From assembly GCA_010015585.1 (NCBI GenBank), contig ML975150.1: DNA of 64,000 nucleotides; one strand, given 5' to 3'. The translations under genes were made by a program, and so were the position numbers. Shown in pieces: positions 23,866-36,153 of the stretch. A model generated the notes under the pieces. It had not been told where the DNA came from and made no database searches. It worked only from the letters and a program-made list of their open reading frames with translations. The first letter of the stretch is position 1, and each line of letters opens with the position of its first letter. Source of the DNA: Eremomyces bilateralis CBS 781.70. Taxonomy: Eukaryota.

Positions 23866-26800
23866 TTAGAATACCAAGAAATATCTCTTAAGACTATCGT
23901 CCAGAGCGGCATCCTCGTCCGAGTGATTGAGAGAAATTTTGAGATACCTTGTCGCTGATCTCAACGCCAGCTTCGGTACAATCGTCGATTGCGCTCTTGA
24001 AATCGACGAGCATATCTTCTGGTAACTTCGCGGTATCGTAGGCGAGGTCGTGGAAGCGTTGACGCGCTGCATGTTCCTTAAACACGCCCCCGAGCCGATA
24101 TTGCTTATCCAGAGCATTACACAGGACCTGAAGCCGAACCTTGAGGACCACTGAGTGTCGTATGACGTATCCGACGCGTACGGCGTCCGTACTCGATACT
24201 GATTCGTCTCTCTCTGGCTTCTCAACAAAGCCCTCCAGTCCTTGAATTGTGAGCAATTCCACGATAGACCTGCGCTATTCCGTATAATGAGCGCCAGAGG
24301 GCTGAAGCTACTCTTCTTTGGGCGAGATATTGATGAGGTTCTTCTTGGAATCCATCGATAGTACGGTTATCAGCGAGTCGGCAAAGCCGGGCTTATCATA
24401 GTCTGTTGAACTGAGAGTGCCGCAAGAAGTGCTCAAAGTTCTCTATGGTCCCCTCGATTTCCGGACGGATGGTCCCCATACCGACGAAGTTACCCTCGCT
24501 AGGGAGTCGAAGGCCTTAAGTCCCCTCTATGTTGCCCGGAAGATATGATCCTTCCATAAGAGGGAAGGGTCAAGCCAGACTCCCAGTACCCGGAGGGATG
24601 TAACCAATTCAGTTTGGTGTCCTTATATCTAGGTCGTAGACCGGAGATCAGCGGAAAGATTGCGTTTCTTAGTAAAGTGGATAATCTAGTACTTATCCGG
24701 GGCAAATTTAGCCCCGAACCGTGACGCCCATTCCAGGCAAGTATCGTGGGCCGCAGTTAGTCGTTGGCAGTTAGCTGCTGCCGTATCTCCCCAGGTGACA
24801 AGTGTAGTATCATCAACGAACCCGAACCCGAGCACGTTACCCTGAACATCCTTAAACTGATGCAGCAGGTCAGATATGAATAGGATAAACAGCGCGGGTG
24901 ATAGGGTAGAGCCTTGCGGGATCCCTGTCTCCGTGTCGAACCAGCGGCTCTTAAAGTCCGAGAAGAGAATCTTTGTTCGCCGTCCGGTTAAGAAAGATGC
25001 GATCATCTGGACAATCCATTTGGGGTATCCCATCCGACGAAGGACCCAGAGCAGCCGGGGGTGAGAGACGTTATCAAAAGCTCCAGCAAGGTCAAGCCCA
25101 AGTACAGAGACCACAGACATCTTTGCGTGCTACGCCGTCTGTATAGTCCCGGTAAGGAGTTCTAGGGCGGAGAGAGTGGATCTCTCCTTTCGAGCTCCCA
25201 TTTGGTTCCAGGGAATCAGATCTCGTGTTTCCGCTTCAGTGATCAGTCGATCTGCGAGGATTTTATCGATTAGCTTTGTAACCGTGTTTTTAAGAGCAAT
25301 AGGGCGGTAGCTGCTTGGAAGTGAGTAGTCCTTTTTCTTGTCCTTCCTTAGTACCACCGTGGTAGATTCCTTTAGAACTGCTGGCAGCTTCCCGCTTCGG
25401 AAGAGGGGGGTGACCGTCCGGGTTAGGTCTACGGCTAGGATATCAGAGAGGGCTTTCAGTACCTCGTTCGGGATCATATCAGGCCCGGGGGCCTTCTGGT
25501 TCGGTAGCCGGCGGATAATCCGGGTGATCTCATCTGGGGTGACCTCTTGCCCGATATCGAATCGTGGAAACTGTTCGTTGGTTATGTCTTGGAGGTCAGC
25601 GGCACCGCTCCGTGGGAAGAACTTTGTAGCAAGGATCTCTGCTTTCCCTTGGTTGTCTCCCGTCGGGGGATCATTCTCCGTGCGCCTAAGTGGTGGGATA
25701 GCTGTAAGCCCACCGGGTTGCCCAGCGGTCTTCTGGCTCTACTTATTCAGTCTCCAGAGCCCTCGGTTGTATATAGTCCGGGTGGTTCTCGTCTTCAGTA
25801 AGTGTCTGGACGAGTTTCCTCCATCTCGTCCGGCCGCCGCTATGCATCTTCCTCCTCAGGGCATTCCTGGTATTTCCACTCTCGTTCGTCGTCCGGGTCC
25901 TAGGTCCGTTGGAGCCGGCGTCGGGCCTGGCGGGCGCCAGCCAGGAACTCTGCAGCCTGTGGTGACCACTCCGGTCTAGACCAGTCACAAGGCCGCGCTC
26001 GTTTACAGTGCTTGTCCAAGGTGCCGTAAAGAAGTCTGATAAGGTTGTCAATCGCAGTATGGGGTTCTGGCACGTACCATTGAGAACTAGAGACATCTTC
26101 CCGGATTTCTTCCCACGGGGCATCCTTCAGTATGAACCTTGGGCTCGTCTGTTGTGAGGGGACCTTGGCGTCCAGCTGGATCTCGATTGGAAAGTGGTCC
26201 TTTGTAGTAGACCACTCCGGCCGTGGGTGGTAAAGGAGGATCCGTGAGACGATCTCCGGCGAGGCGAAGGCTAGGTCAATGACCGACTGGCTCTGGTTCC
26301 GCTGCCACGTTATTACCCCTTGCTCGTTAAGGAGCTGGAGGTCAGCTTGCTCGGTTTGAAGGAGTAGGTGGTCTGCCTTTGGTTCCTTGGGGTTCCGGTT
26401 CCACCCCAGGCTGTGTAATGGCAGTTAAAGTCCCCTAGGAGGATGACATTCTCTTGGCCAATTTCGCATAGAATTTCCGCGATCTCCGGCCACTTCTCAA
26501 GCTGTGGCTGGCCTATATGCCCTGGTGGGTTATATACGTTAACGAGGTTGAGGGGTCCATCACGCGTCATAACGCGGATCCATTCGATGTAGTCGGAGGC
26601 TCGCTTTGGTTCCCAAGCTGTAAGAAGGATCTTATCGTGGATAAAGAAGACGACCCGTATACCGTAGTATATAGGTCGGCTTGGGCGAAAGTTCTTCGGT
26701 ATATAGGTGACTGTTGGCTTAGTTTCGGCGACCATCGGTTCCTGAATTGCAAGTATAGGAAGCCGGGTAGGATCAATCGAGTCGAAGGTAGCCCTAGCCT

Positions 26801-28400
26801 TATCGTTGTTCGCATTACCGCAGTTGTATTAGAGGATGCCAGTCCCTATCATTGAGTACTAGGGGTATTGTCCTTTCCGGTAGGTGTCGTAAAGGTAGGA
26901 ATACTAATGCCGAACATGAAGTCGTTCGGCTGACTAGCCGAGAGCTGGAGCCGCTGCTACCCTGGGGCTCGGGCAGCCACCGTGGTTCCTGAGGGCCTCC
27001 CAGGTCCTGCCCTCTTCCGCTTCTGGGAGTGCTCAACGAGGGTGTATCCCTCGTCGACGTGGCGGACCTGGTGGGTTGTGACGTTTAGGTTTTGGTTTTG
27101 GCTTTGGACAGCGACGGTAGCCTCATTGAGGCGGTTTTCTGTGGCTCGCTGGCCAACTGCGAAGGATTTATATGCCGCACAACTTCTGGTCATCCAGGCA
27201 AAGTGCCCCGGTTCCTTGCACCCTGCGCACCTTGCCTCTTGAAGGTCTTGTATTATACATCCCCTTGTAGGGTGCTGTTTTGCGCAGCGCCCACAGGTGT
27301 CACTATCCGCGTTACAAACGGACTGCGTGTGGCCCCATTTCCAGCATCGGAAGCACTAGACCGCCCGGAGAGTAACGTCCCATAGTTTGACTGGGAGCCA
27401 TAGGGCGCTATAGAGGAAGCCGTCCTTGATAAGCCGCGTCACGTCGGTATCGTTAGCTACCTCGATAATAACTAATCCCTTCGTCTGGGATCCCGCCTTC
27501 CGGATGGCCGCCAGCTTCTCTTTTTTGTAGAGCCAGGAGACTCGTTCAATTTTGACAGTGTTTTGGTTCGACATCTGTCTCGCCCATTCGGTGTTCCCCT
27601 CACTTTCACCGGTTGTGATCTGTGTGTTAATCGGGATACCCATTACCATGAGTAGTTTGGGACGACGGATCAGCTTGACGCCGTCATCCCCAGCGATTCC
27701 AGTAGCGATAATCTGGTCCCGTCGGGTAGTCGTGAGAACCACGACAGATATTTTACCAGCTGCCCTGTGGTGTGGGATAAGCGCTTTCGCGTCTGGGATT
27801 ACCTTCTTGATTCTCTGTAGTTTCTCTTCCGTCGTCTCTTCTACGGCCCCTGCCATTTCAGAGAGACGCACTTCAACGACCGCTTTGGTCTTCCCTCCTG
27901 CGGCGATCTCGCTCCAGGTTGGTGCCTTGGTGGTTAGGGCCACGGCTGGGCGACCGCGGTCTTTCGCGATTCCAGCCTCAATACGTCCAAGTCGCTCCAA
28001 TATTTGACCCATCGCTGGGTCCCGGGCGGGTGTTCCCGCCTGCTCCTTTTCCATACTCTTTCTCTGTGCCAGCTCCGGAATGAGCCGGAGAACGGGCGTT
28101 AGGTGAGCCTCCAGGACTCCACAGAGCGACTCCGCTCCAGCCCATCCACGGCAGCTCTCCAACGCGAATTTTATATGATGTTCCATGATTTAGAGCGTCC
28201 GCCCCTCATCCATCCGTCCAGTTTGTTCTCCCACTCCGTTGCGGGTGTTGGGTCGTGGGTGGTCCGCCTGCTGGAGACGCGTCGGGGACACGTCTTTGGC
28301 CTGCGGGCCCTTCCCCCTCGTGCGCCCTTCAACCATGATAGTTGAGAAGGCTGCAATAGTTGATTATAGGTGAATGAAGTGTGTAGAATCGATTACGACC
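23866..28400 (-). mobile_element. Degenerate non-LTR retrotransposon (Tad-like LINE): gag-like ORF1 with CCHC knuckles, AP endonuclease, reverse transcriptase
   Basis: ORF1 ~28186-26950 with CFRCWKWGH...C. Endonuclease NVYNPP and LLGDFNCH. RT YRPIAL, LDLAGAFDNV, GIPQGSTLSPALF, GFVDD and FAPDK. Many in-frame stops; boundaries approximate, no TSD found. Confidence 0.93.
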
Positions 28401-28617
28401 CTAATCTCAGCGAATTTCCAAGTTGTGGGCTGTCTGCAGAAAAATGTTCTCAGACTGAGTTATTAGTACTTTATAATCTGGGATAATCCTTAACATCATT
28501 TTGCTCCTCTTCAAGTGCAACTAACAGTTCAGTGTCCTAAAAACATCCCCTAAACATCCTATCAGACGTTCAGAAGCTAGAGAATAATGTTGCAATTTGC
28601 AAATATTTTAGGAAACC

Positions 28618-30378
28618 CTACAAAATTCCAAACATATTCTTTAACGCCTCGAAGTTCTCTACTCTCTCACGGCTAAGCGAGACAGCCGCCTTTTTCCTGT
28701 TTGCGCCGTTTTGAAAGACAAACGAGAGCTGCCCAACATGGATCCATTCCAGCGCCTCAAAAACGACAGCATACTTCTCGGCATGCCCAGCCATACTCCG
28801 GCGATGCAATGTCTCCCAAAGAGCGTGTGTATGATTCAAGGGGGAATCATCTCCCAGGTTCTCGTCTGGAAATTGCTGCATGAGTTCATCTTGATCTAGT
28901 ATACGGAAAGAGTAATACGCGTCAATATCTTCGCCGGTTGCCCCGTTATTAACTCGGTACGAGTCTCGGGTGATAGCGAGTCTTTTTAGTTTGCGCAATG
29001 GAAATAGGGTGGTCCGGATAGCATCATGGTCGATCAACCAGTCGTGTCTCCATCCAGCCTGCTGGCCGGAACTGATATGTAGCTGCTCTAGCGAGACAAG
29101 AGACGAGAGAGCAGCGAGTGAAGAGACTGGGACCGTGTTTCCATCCCACATCAAGGAAAGGGTTTTGAGATTGAGAAATGTTGCGAGGACAGGGATGACG
29201 CGTTCTATGAGAGAGGCCGAGCAGCTGTAATAAATGCCGAATGCGGTCAATTGAGTGTTTTGTTCCAAGGCCTGAAGTGATGCTGTTTCTGGAATATCAA
29301 AGCCGGTCCAGATGAGGGTCTGAAGTGACTTTAGACATCCGACGTGGTCCAAGCACTCTCGTGTAACCGGGTAGCTGAAGTCTACAGCTAAAGTATGCAA
29401 TCGATGGCTTCGCAAGAGACTTCGCAATGTCGGCTCACTTAGCTCGGTGCTGTCCCCAAGCCAAAGAAAGCGGAGACAAGTGAACTCGGCAGTAAAGGAT
29501 ATTGGCTTGTCTTGACTCTGAAGAAAGGATCTATGGCTAAACTTCAGGCTCTGAAGACTGGAGGAGCACGTCCGAAAGAAGCTATCCCAGAGAGAGGATG
29601 AGTCGGCTGAATCGAGTCCATAATGGAAATTGAAGTCCCAGACGATATCAATGTCGGCACTCAACAGCGGCCACTCAGCTTCGCCATCAATCTGGACAGT
29701 GACGTATTCAGACTCGATGCTGCCACGTAGTTTGAGGTGTTTGACTGTCGAAGTAGCCAGGCTATTGAGGAGGTGGTTGTCGACGGTCGTACCATTTGAC
29801 CAGTCCAGGACTCCAAAATGCGGTAATGAAGAAATAACGAGTATCAAGCTAGGATCATAGACATGCCTCATTCTGGTTGTCATATTCCCAACAGCTAACC
29901 CCCATTGGTCAATACTAAAAGTACCGCCGAGCCCATCATTGCGTACATTATTCGCCTCATCATCCCGGGATGCCTTGGGTTGCATTGCACGGATCTCCTT
30001 CCAATAGTGGCCCGAATCCGTCTGTATGCGGCGGACACACGCACCCAATGACGGCTGATGCGTCAGGCGATTCTTTGATATGAGTCGCTCAGTAGCTTCG
30101 CGAATGAGGATGCCGAGAACGCAGGATGAACGAGGGCTATAGTCAATGACAACACTACAGAACTGGCAAGAGCGTGCCAGCTGGCGACAATCCGAATTGA
30201 CAAGTGCAAGGGAGGCCAAAGCCTCCCTGTCCGTGTTGATGTATGTCATAACCACTGATAGGATCTCATCTGGTAGATGCAGGAGGTAACTGTTCTGTGC
30301 TGCGATCGGTCTTCCTTCCATCACTTGACCAAGTGTCAGCGGTAAAGGCGCAAAATCCTTGGACAATGGGCAATCCAT
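28618..30378 (-). CDS. F-box / LRR-like protein (distinct family from paralogs 1-4)
   Basis: 586-aa intronless ORF with LLHLPDEILSVV...LASLALVNSDCRQLARS and LxxLxL repeats. Confidence 0.75.
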   Translation of the reverse strand: MDCPLSKDFAPLPLTLGQVMEGRPIAAQNSYLLHLPDEILSVVMTYINTDREALASLALVNSDCRQLARSCQFCSVVIDYSPRSSCVLGILIREATERLISKNRLTHQPSLGACVRRIQTDSGHYWKEIRAMQPKASRDDEANNVRNDGLGGTFSIDQWGLAVGNMTTRMRHVYDPSLILVISSLPHFGVLDWSNGTTVDNHLLNSLATSTVKHLKLRGSIESEYVTVQIDGEAEWPLLSADIDIVWDFNFHYGLDSADSSSLWDSFFRTCSSSLQSLKFSHRSFLQSQDKPISFTAEFTCLRFLWLGDSTELSEPTLRSLLRSHRLHTLAVDFSYPVTRECLDHVGCLKSLQTLIWTGFDIPETASLQALEQNTQLTAFGIYYSCSASLIERVIPVLATFLNLKTLSLMWDGNTVPVSSLAALSSLVSLEQLHISSGQQAGWRHDWLIDHDAIRTTLFPLRKLKRLAITRDSYRVNNGATGEDIDAYYSFRILDQDELMQQFPDENLGDDSPLNHTHALWETLHRRSMAGHAEKYAVVFEALEWIHVGQLSFVFQNGANRKKAAVSLSRERVENFEALKNMFGIL

Positions 30379-31253
30379 GATAGTAAGCCACCACGAAAGG
30401 AGGTAGTTGGCTGAGGATGGTTCTGAAGGGGAATGGAAGACTCGATGTTCGCACGTGTTGAGGCCTTGATACCTCAGGTCTTTGATATTGCACCGGGGCT
30501 CGAGGTTGCGGGCTCAACTGTGGAGATGAGGCGTTGCAGACCGTTGGTGATGTAGGGTCGGCACGTAGCGAATTGAGTGATAGAGAATTGTGCTTGGTTG
30601 AAGGTCGCCTAGCTTATAAGGCAATCCGGGTCAAATTCTGCTGTCTAGAAGGTTTATTGAGCGTGAAGTTCTTTGAGAGCTGCTCGCAGTTGGCGACCGC
30701 CGCGCTTCGCGTAAGTGTTGAGGAAGGTCTGTATGCGATGTACTCGGTTTATTACTTCCTGAGGGATGCCGCTGTTTACGACTTCCATGAGTTGCCGGGA
30801 GAGTTACCCATCTAGGAAGTGAGAGTACGCGTTCGTGGAAGGATCACTGCGGCGGCTTGTTGACAGATGAATCACACGACAAATCGCCCTGATTCTTGAG
30901 GTTGAGACATGGATCTCAAGCAATTGAGCTGTTCTCAACCGTTCAGGTAGTGGATTGCGTCAATCCTTAATGTTTGAGGCCTTTGGGGAATCGAGGGTTT
31001 GGTCTCAGCAAGGCCTGTAACTATGAACACCTTGAGGACACGGAGTGCCTTTGAGCAAGATAATTCGTTAGATTAAAGCTACAGAAAGACAGAAGGGAGG
31101 TGAGATGTGAGATATGAGGGCTGTGCCTGGAGGAACGAAGTTCCGTCAGGTCTTTGTGGTCGCACGAGGGGAGACTTACCTCAGCAAGCTCAGGCCATAT
31201 ATCAGAGGAGTCTAGCCTTTTTTGGACAGTCACGTTACTTATACTACTCCTCT

Positions 31254-31927
31254 GTTTACCTCAGCAAGCTCAGGCCATTGTGGTAGTGCCTGAGGCAACG
31301 AACCGCGCTATACCTAATTGGTATGGTTCTCTACCAAATAGCCTGAGGATCCTGTCATTGATTTTTGGCCTGAGTTAAGATCGTTTGTATGAGAGCAATT
31401 TAATCACTTCAACCTCGTTTTCCTCCACAACGAGCTATCACACAGTAAAATTGACATGTTCAACCGAATCCTCTATCGTTTCTTGACAACCCAGTGGAAT
31501 TTGGACGATGCCAGATCGAACCTCCTCTCGGCGCAGCGTACAACTGAACCCAACGTCTCCAGAGGTGCTTGAACTGCGGTGGTTGGTTAACGATTCTGAC
31601 GCAGTCTGGCTTCTTACATATCAGCGTTTTTTGCAAGACACAAGCATGGGGAGTAGAAAAAATTCAAATTCTAGATAAAGTATACCTTGCTGCACAGCCC
31701 AGTGAATTTAAGGGCAATTATAATAAGTCTTCGTGTTGTTATTGAAGAATATGCAAAAGTGAGGTTTCCAAAATCGTGAAAAACACATGTAAATTATCGA
31801 ACAGTCAGTATGCGTCATTGACAGGATCCTCAGGCTATTTGTTCGAGAACTGCATTTACCGATTAGGTATAGTGTGGTTAGTTGCCTCAGGCACGACCAC
31901 AAATAGCCTGAGCTTGCTGAGGTAAAC
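31254..31927. mobile_element. MITE-like element B (~670 bp) with ~110-bp imperfect terminal inverted repeats
   Basis: gtttacctcagcaagctcaggcca...gcctgaggcaac...ctatacctaat...aaatagcctgaggatcctgtca at 31254-~31361 matches the reverse complement of ~31815-31927. An extra partial terminus lies at ~31177-31198. Confidence 0.8.
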
Positions 31928-31941
31928 CATAGCCCATAGCC

Positions 31942-32062
31942 CCATAGGAATGTCGTCAAAATAAGTCACGTGCTCTATGACCGCTTCTAAATGGACCAAT
32001 CAGAGCGCAGAAATTTGAAATCACGTGCAAAGGGTGTAGGATGAGCCTTTGGAGGGGTGTAG
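31942..32062 (+). repeat. 121-bp dispersed repeat, copy 2 (identical to 12177-12297)
   Basis: Exact direct match to copy 1. Confidence 0.95.
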
Positions 32063-32526
32063 CCCACAACCAAGGGAACAGGCCGCAGGCCTGGGACCAT
32101 AACATTCCTTTACTTTATTCCACGATTCAAACCCCCCAACTCATATCAAACATACAAAAGTCGAAAATATTGTAATTCAACTAATTGATTTTATTTTAAT
32201 AAGCTAAGCTGATTTTATAAACTGCATTAGTTAATAATCTTGCCATGAGTCGTATATCTGCAGGGCCAGCCCGGCCAGGGAACTGGGCATTCGCATAGAA
32301 CAAGCAACTCACACAATAGACAATACAACAACTTTGCTGCTGTCACTAAATCACCTGACTCCCAACTATTTTAGCACATCCCAGTGCGACACAAATCTCA
32401 AAACCTTGGGGACAAATCTCACCAGCCTTCCGTGACAACGCTTGTGATCAACACAATCCACAATCATCTTCATTCGAGTACTGCAATCAACTTCTTCGTG
32501 ACAGGTCCCTTGAGATAATCATCAAA

Positions 32527-35493
32527 TCAAATCAATAGCCTGGCCTCCCTGTCTGTAAGTCTATCATATCTTAGCCGCATATCCAGCTCAGAATGTACAG
32601 AACACTTACCCAGGTACCGCATCATCTGGTATTCCAGATCGCTCTTGAAAGAATCAACATTGCTAACGATGATGTTAACATCCTCCTCAGTGAGCTTTCC
32701 GGTTCCATCCTTGCGAGCCATAGCTTGGCCCATGGCGGAAGAGACAATATTCCGCAGCTGTCTCCCGTCGAATCCTTTCTTTGCGATATCGCTGCGGAAC
32801 GTTTTCTTGATCCTCTCGTAGTCCTCGACAGCCCCTTTGATTTTATACTGATCCAAAAATGATTCGAAGATTTGAATTGCTTGCTCCTTCTCCAGGTCAG
32901 TGTATTTGATTGCAATGTGGATTCTTGACTGGACCGCAACGTCGAACAACGCAATTTGATTCGTCGTGAGTATTAGGATGCCTATTTTATGTCAATAATG
33001 TGTCGGAGAATATAACACGTGCCAATCGATAAGGGGCTACTTACCCTGATAGTACTCAAGTACTCGAAGAAACACTGGACGGTAGAGCCAGGTTCAGCTT
33101 ATGAGCGATTCAAGTCTGAGCGTTAGGGTCTCACCTGATACCAAAGCATTCCTTTCTGTCGTCGGGCCTTGGTGACCCATTCCACGGCTCTGGACGAAGA
33201 CATCTACCTCATCTCTAGTCCATCATGTTAAGAGACATCTTCGCCTCATAGCGCGTGCGCAACTTACATGAGAAGAATGGCTTTCCACCTGGTCGCAAGA
33301 TCAAAAATCCTATGCAGGTTGGATTCTACATTCTCTGCCTGAGTTCCAACATCCCCGACCCCAATACTAAACAGTGGCTTTCCCGCGGCCGCTGCTAAGG
33401 TCTCCGCTGACACAACGGTTAGCTCTATACGGTGATGAGGTAGGTCGGATACGGGGCACATGTAAAGGTCAACCCTACCGGTTGAAGTTTTCCCAACTCC
33501 GGGTTTGCCTGCAGTCGTCGTCAGTGACATCATCAGCCGTGCTTATTCGCAGTTACTGACCGTATAGAAGTATCACTAGGCCTTGCCCTTTATCGGCTAC
33601 TAGGTCGGCCAGTTGGTCTTGGCCATGGGTGGTGACCAAATTTAGCAAAAGCTGCTTTGTTTCCTGCCCGTTGAGGCTGGCGTCTCCCTTCAGATGGAGT
33701 CTCTTTTCGAATGCATTACCATTGTCAGAAACGGGCTGGAGATTGTCGATCTCAAGCTGTGCCCACCGCTTATCGCGGAGGATATATCCCAGGACCCTTG
33801 GTGGCAAAAGCATGTATTGGAGATCGACCCATTCCTTTTCGTCCTCCTCTGCAGTCTCATCGAACGCCCGATGGTACGTCCTCGCCAAATCCCTGTTGCC
33901 ATTGCAGCGCGTGCAAGTGCACTCATATGACAATTCATATATCGGTATGGCTCCAACATAGCCTTCCTGAGGACCATGTTGGTAGTATGATTCGAAATCT
34001 ACCATGACATCGCTGTTCACCTGCAAGTGCGTTAGTGTTGAGCTCCAACGAGAACCTATCGACTTTGAATCAGTGATTACCAGTGCCTCTTTGGACAAGG
34101 CGTGAGCATCGTCGCTGTCGCTGTCAAGGCCAAGCACTGATCTGAAAAAAGTAACAGCTGGCTTAGCCTGAGGTCTCTAGGGATCAAGGACTATCAGTAT
34201 TCTATGATCGGTGCATTTTTGGGAATGGTGCTCGCCTTAGGTTTATCCCTCCCACGGAATCCCACCCTATCCACAATCGCTCTTCCTTGGTATTTGAAGC
34301 GGCGTTCCCCGGCGTTGGCAGTGCAGTATTTTCGGTAACGTCGACCTCGCTCGATCAACCTGCTCTCGATCCTGTCCCTATCCTCGGCCATAGAAAGCGG
34401 AAAATATAGCAAAGCGGTGATCGGCTTAGATCCGTTAAAAGTAGGAAAGGCTAGGCGTAGAAATCGCCGCCGGAAATCCCGTCCATTCCAATCGTACGTC
34501 CAGCATTCAAGCTCCCACTCTTTCGAGTCCGAGTTCGGCCACGGACCACTATTGTCCTTCACGATGAACAGTTGGTCCTGATTAAGAAATGGGCGACCAT
34601 AGATGATAGTTCCCGGGGCGAAAATCGTCCACAGCGTGTCGTAGGTGATGTTATTCGACCTGATAACGGCCTCTCGGCTGCGTAGGAAGTCATTCAGTCG
34701 ACTATCACCTGCATTTTGCCGTACGCGATCAAGAACCATGCCGAGCGCCCTCCGAGCGGTCTTGTCGTTTTCGGTTGAACCCTCCTTGTCTGCTTCAGTC
34801 TTAAGGCGATCCCAATTCAGAACCAGCGGCTCGAAGGGAGAGTCAAGCGTTACGCATTCGCCGTAGAACTCATGCGTGGGATGATGCGAGAGGACCCTTT
34901 TGAGTAACTCAAGAAGGTCCTTATTGAATATCTCCAGCTGACCACGGTTTTCCGTCTCATCCTCATTGTCCTTAGAATCGTAGATAAATATTCTAATGAT
35001 AGCAGCTTCTTGAGGACTGTCGTTCTTGGTCTCTTGAGATTTTTCTTCCTCGAAGTCTTTTCGCTCACCAGTTTTCGAGGCTCGATCACGTCTGTTGGTG
35101 ACGAGTCGGACGTGCCATGGTGGTTTAGGTTCTTCATCGGATCCTGCTCCTGGCTATTATGAGGACAGAATCAGCTTGTGATGTCGCTGGCCAACATGAC
35201 ACTCAGTTACCCACTTTCTCCTCTTTGTTGGTAGACTCCGCAGCTTCGGTCGCCTCGTCTAAGCACAAATACAGGTTAGCTCTTATCATCATGTCAAGTT
35301 TGACGATGCAGCTTGCTGACGCGACGCAATACCTTTTGCCTTGAATTTCGCCTCGAGCTCCGAAACCCGAGCCAACAGTTCTCGAACTTGATTCTGCAGT
35401 GCAACTACGTCAACCTGATATGCATTAGCTGATTGTAGGGTGGGATAGTTGGGAGTAGTGTACAACCTGCGGGTCTTCGTCAGAGATGACCAT
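32527..35493 (-). CDS. Fungal AAA+ ATPase (DUF7025-type N-terminal region + AAA + lid), multi-exon, intact
   Basis: Spliced model starts MVISDEDPQ|VDVVALQNQVRELLARVSELEAKFK. It has SPFEPLVLNW, ITYDTLWTIFAPG, LLPPRVLGY, Walker A VILLYG-PGVGKTST, Walker B ILLMDEVDVF, and FLRVLEYYQGILILTTNQIALFDVAVQSRIH. Confidence 0.9.
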
Positions 35494-36153
35494 GATGATG
35501 GGTACTCGGTGATCGGAGAATTGGACCCAAGATCTGAGGCCGCTATGAGGTGTTCGTGGCCGGGTCTCTATTAAATACCTATGACATGGAGCCTTGTGGA
35601 CGAAGAAGAACATATGGGAAACCCCATCCCCCATCCCGTACTAAGCAGCCCATTGGTCAGATATTTCCGAGGCAGTAGGCTGTGAATATACGAAGTCCAG
35701 CATTGTTGTCATGCGTCTTCAAGCCATGGATTGTACTTTGACTGGCAAATAAGACGACGTTCGGGTTGCAGTGCCGCAAGCTCCAACGCAAGGCTGCGTA
35801 GCCGACTCCAAATTTGTCTTTGGAGGAACTGGTGGTGGTGGAAATGTGAAAGTCATTGGATGTCCGTAGATGCAGAGGGTGGTTCCCATACGCCAACAAA
35901 ACACGACCCTCCCCACCTGGACATCGCCCAGCCTTATGGGAATGTTGCCTAGACTGATGGGGAATGAGACGAGAGTAAGAAAAGGAGATGAAGGCCGACT
36001 GAATGATACTATATGTTGCGAGAGTTCTCTCTTTCAGTCCCAATCCACCTTCGATGTCGAGTCCAACAAGGCTGAGGTTGGCATACTCTACCTTCAGTCT
36101 CCCAGATGCTGCAGAGAAGGCGACAATCTGTCGTTCCGGCTGCCTTCTGTCCA

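Noticed and set aside
28395..28620. Scattered ccctaa hexamers (also ~12310-12440)
   Set aside because: Not tandem; insufficient for an interstitial telomeric repeat.
30650..30900. Minus-strand fragment QLMEVVNSGIPQEVINRVHRIQTFLNTY...
   Set aside because: Looks protein-like but is short, stop-interrupted and unassignable.
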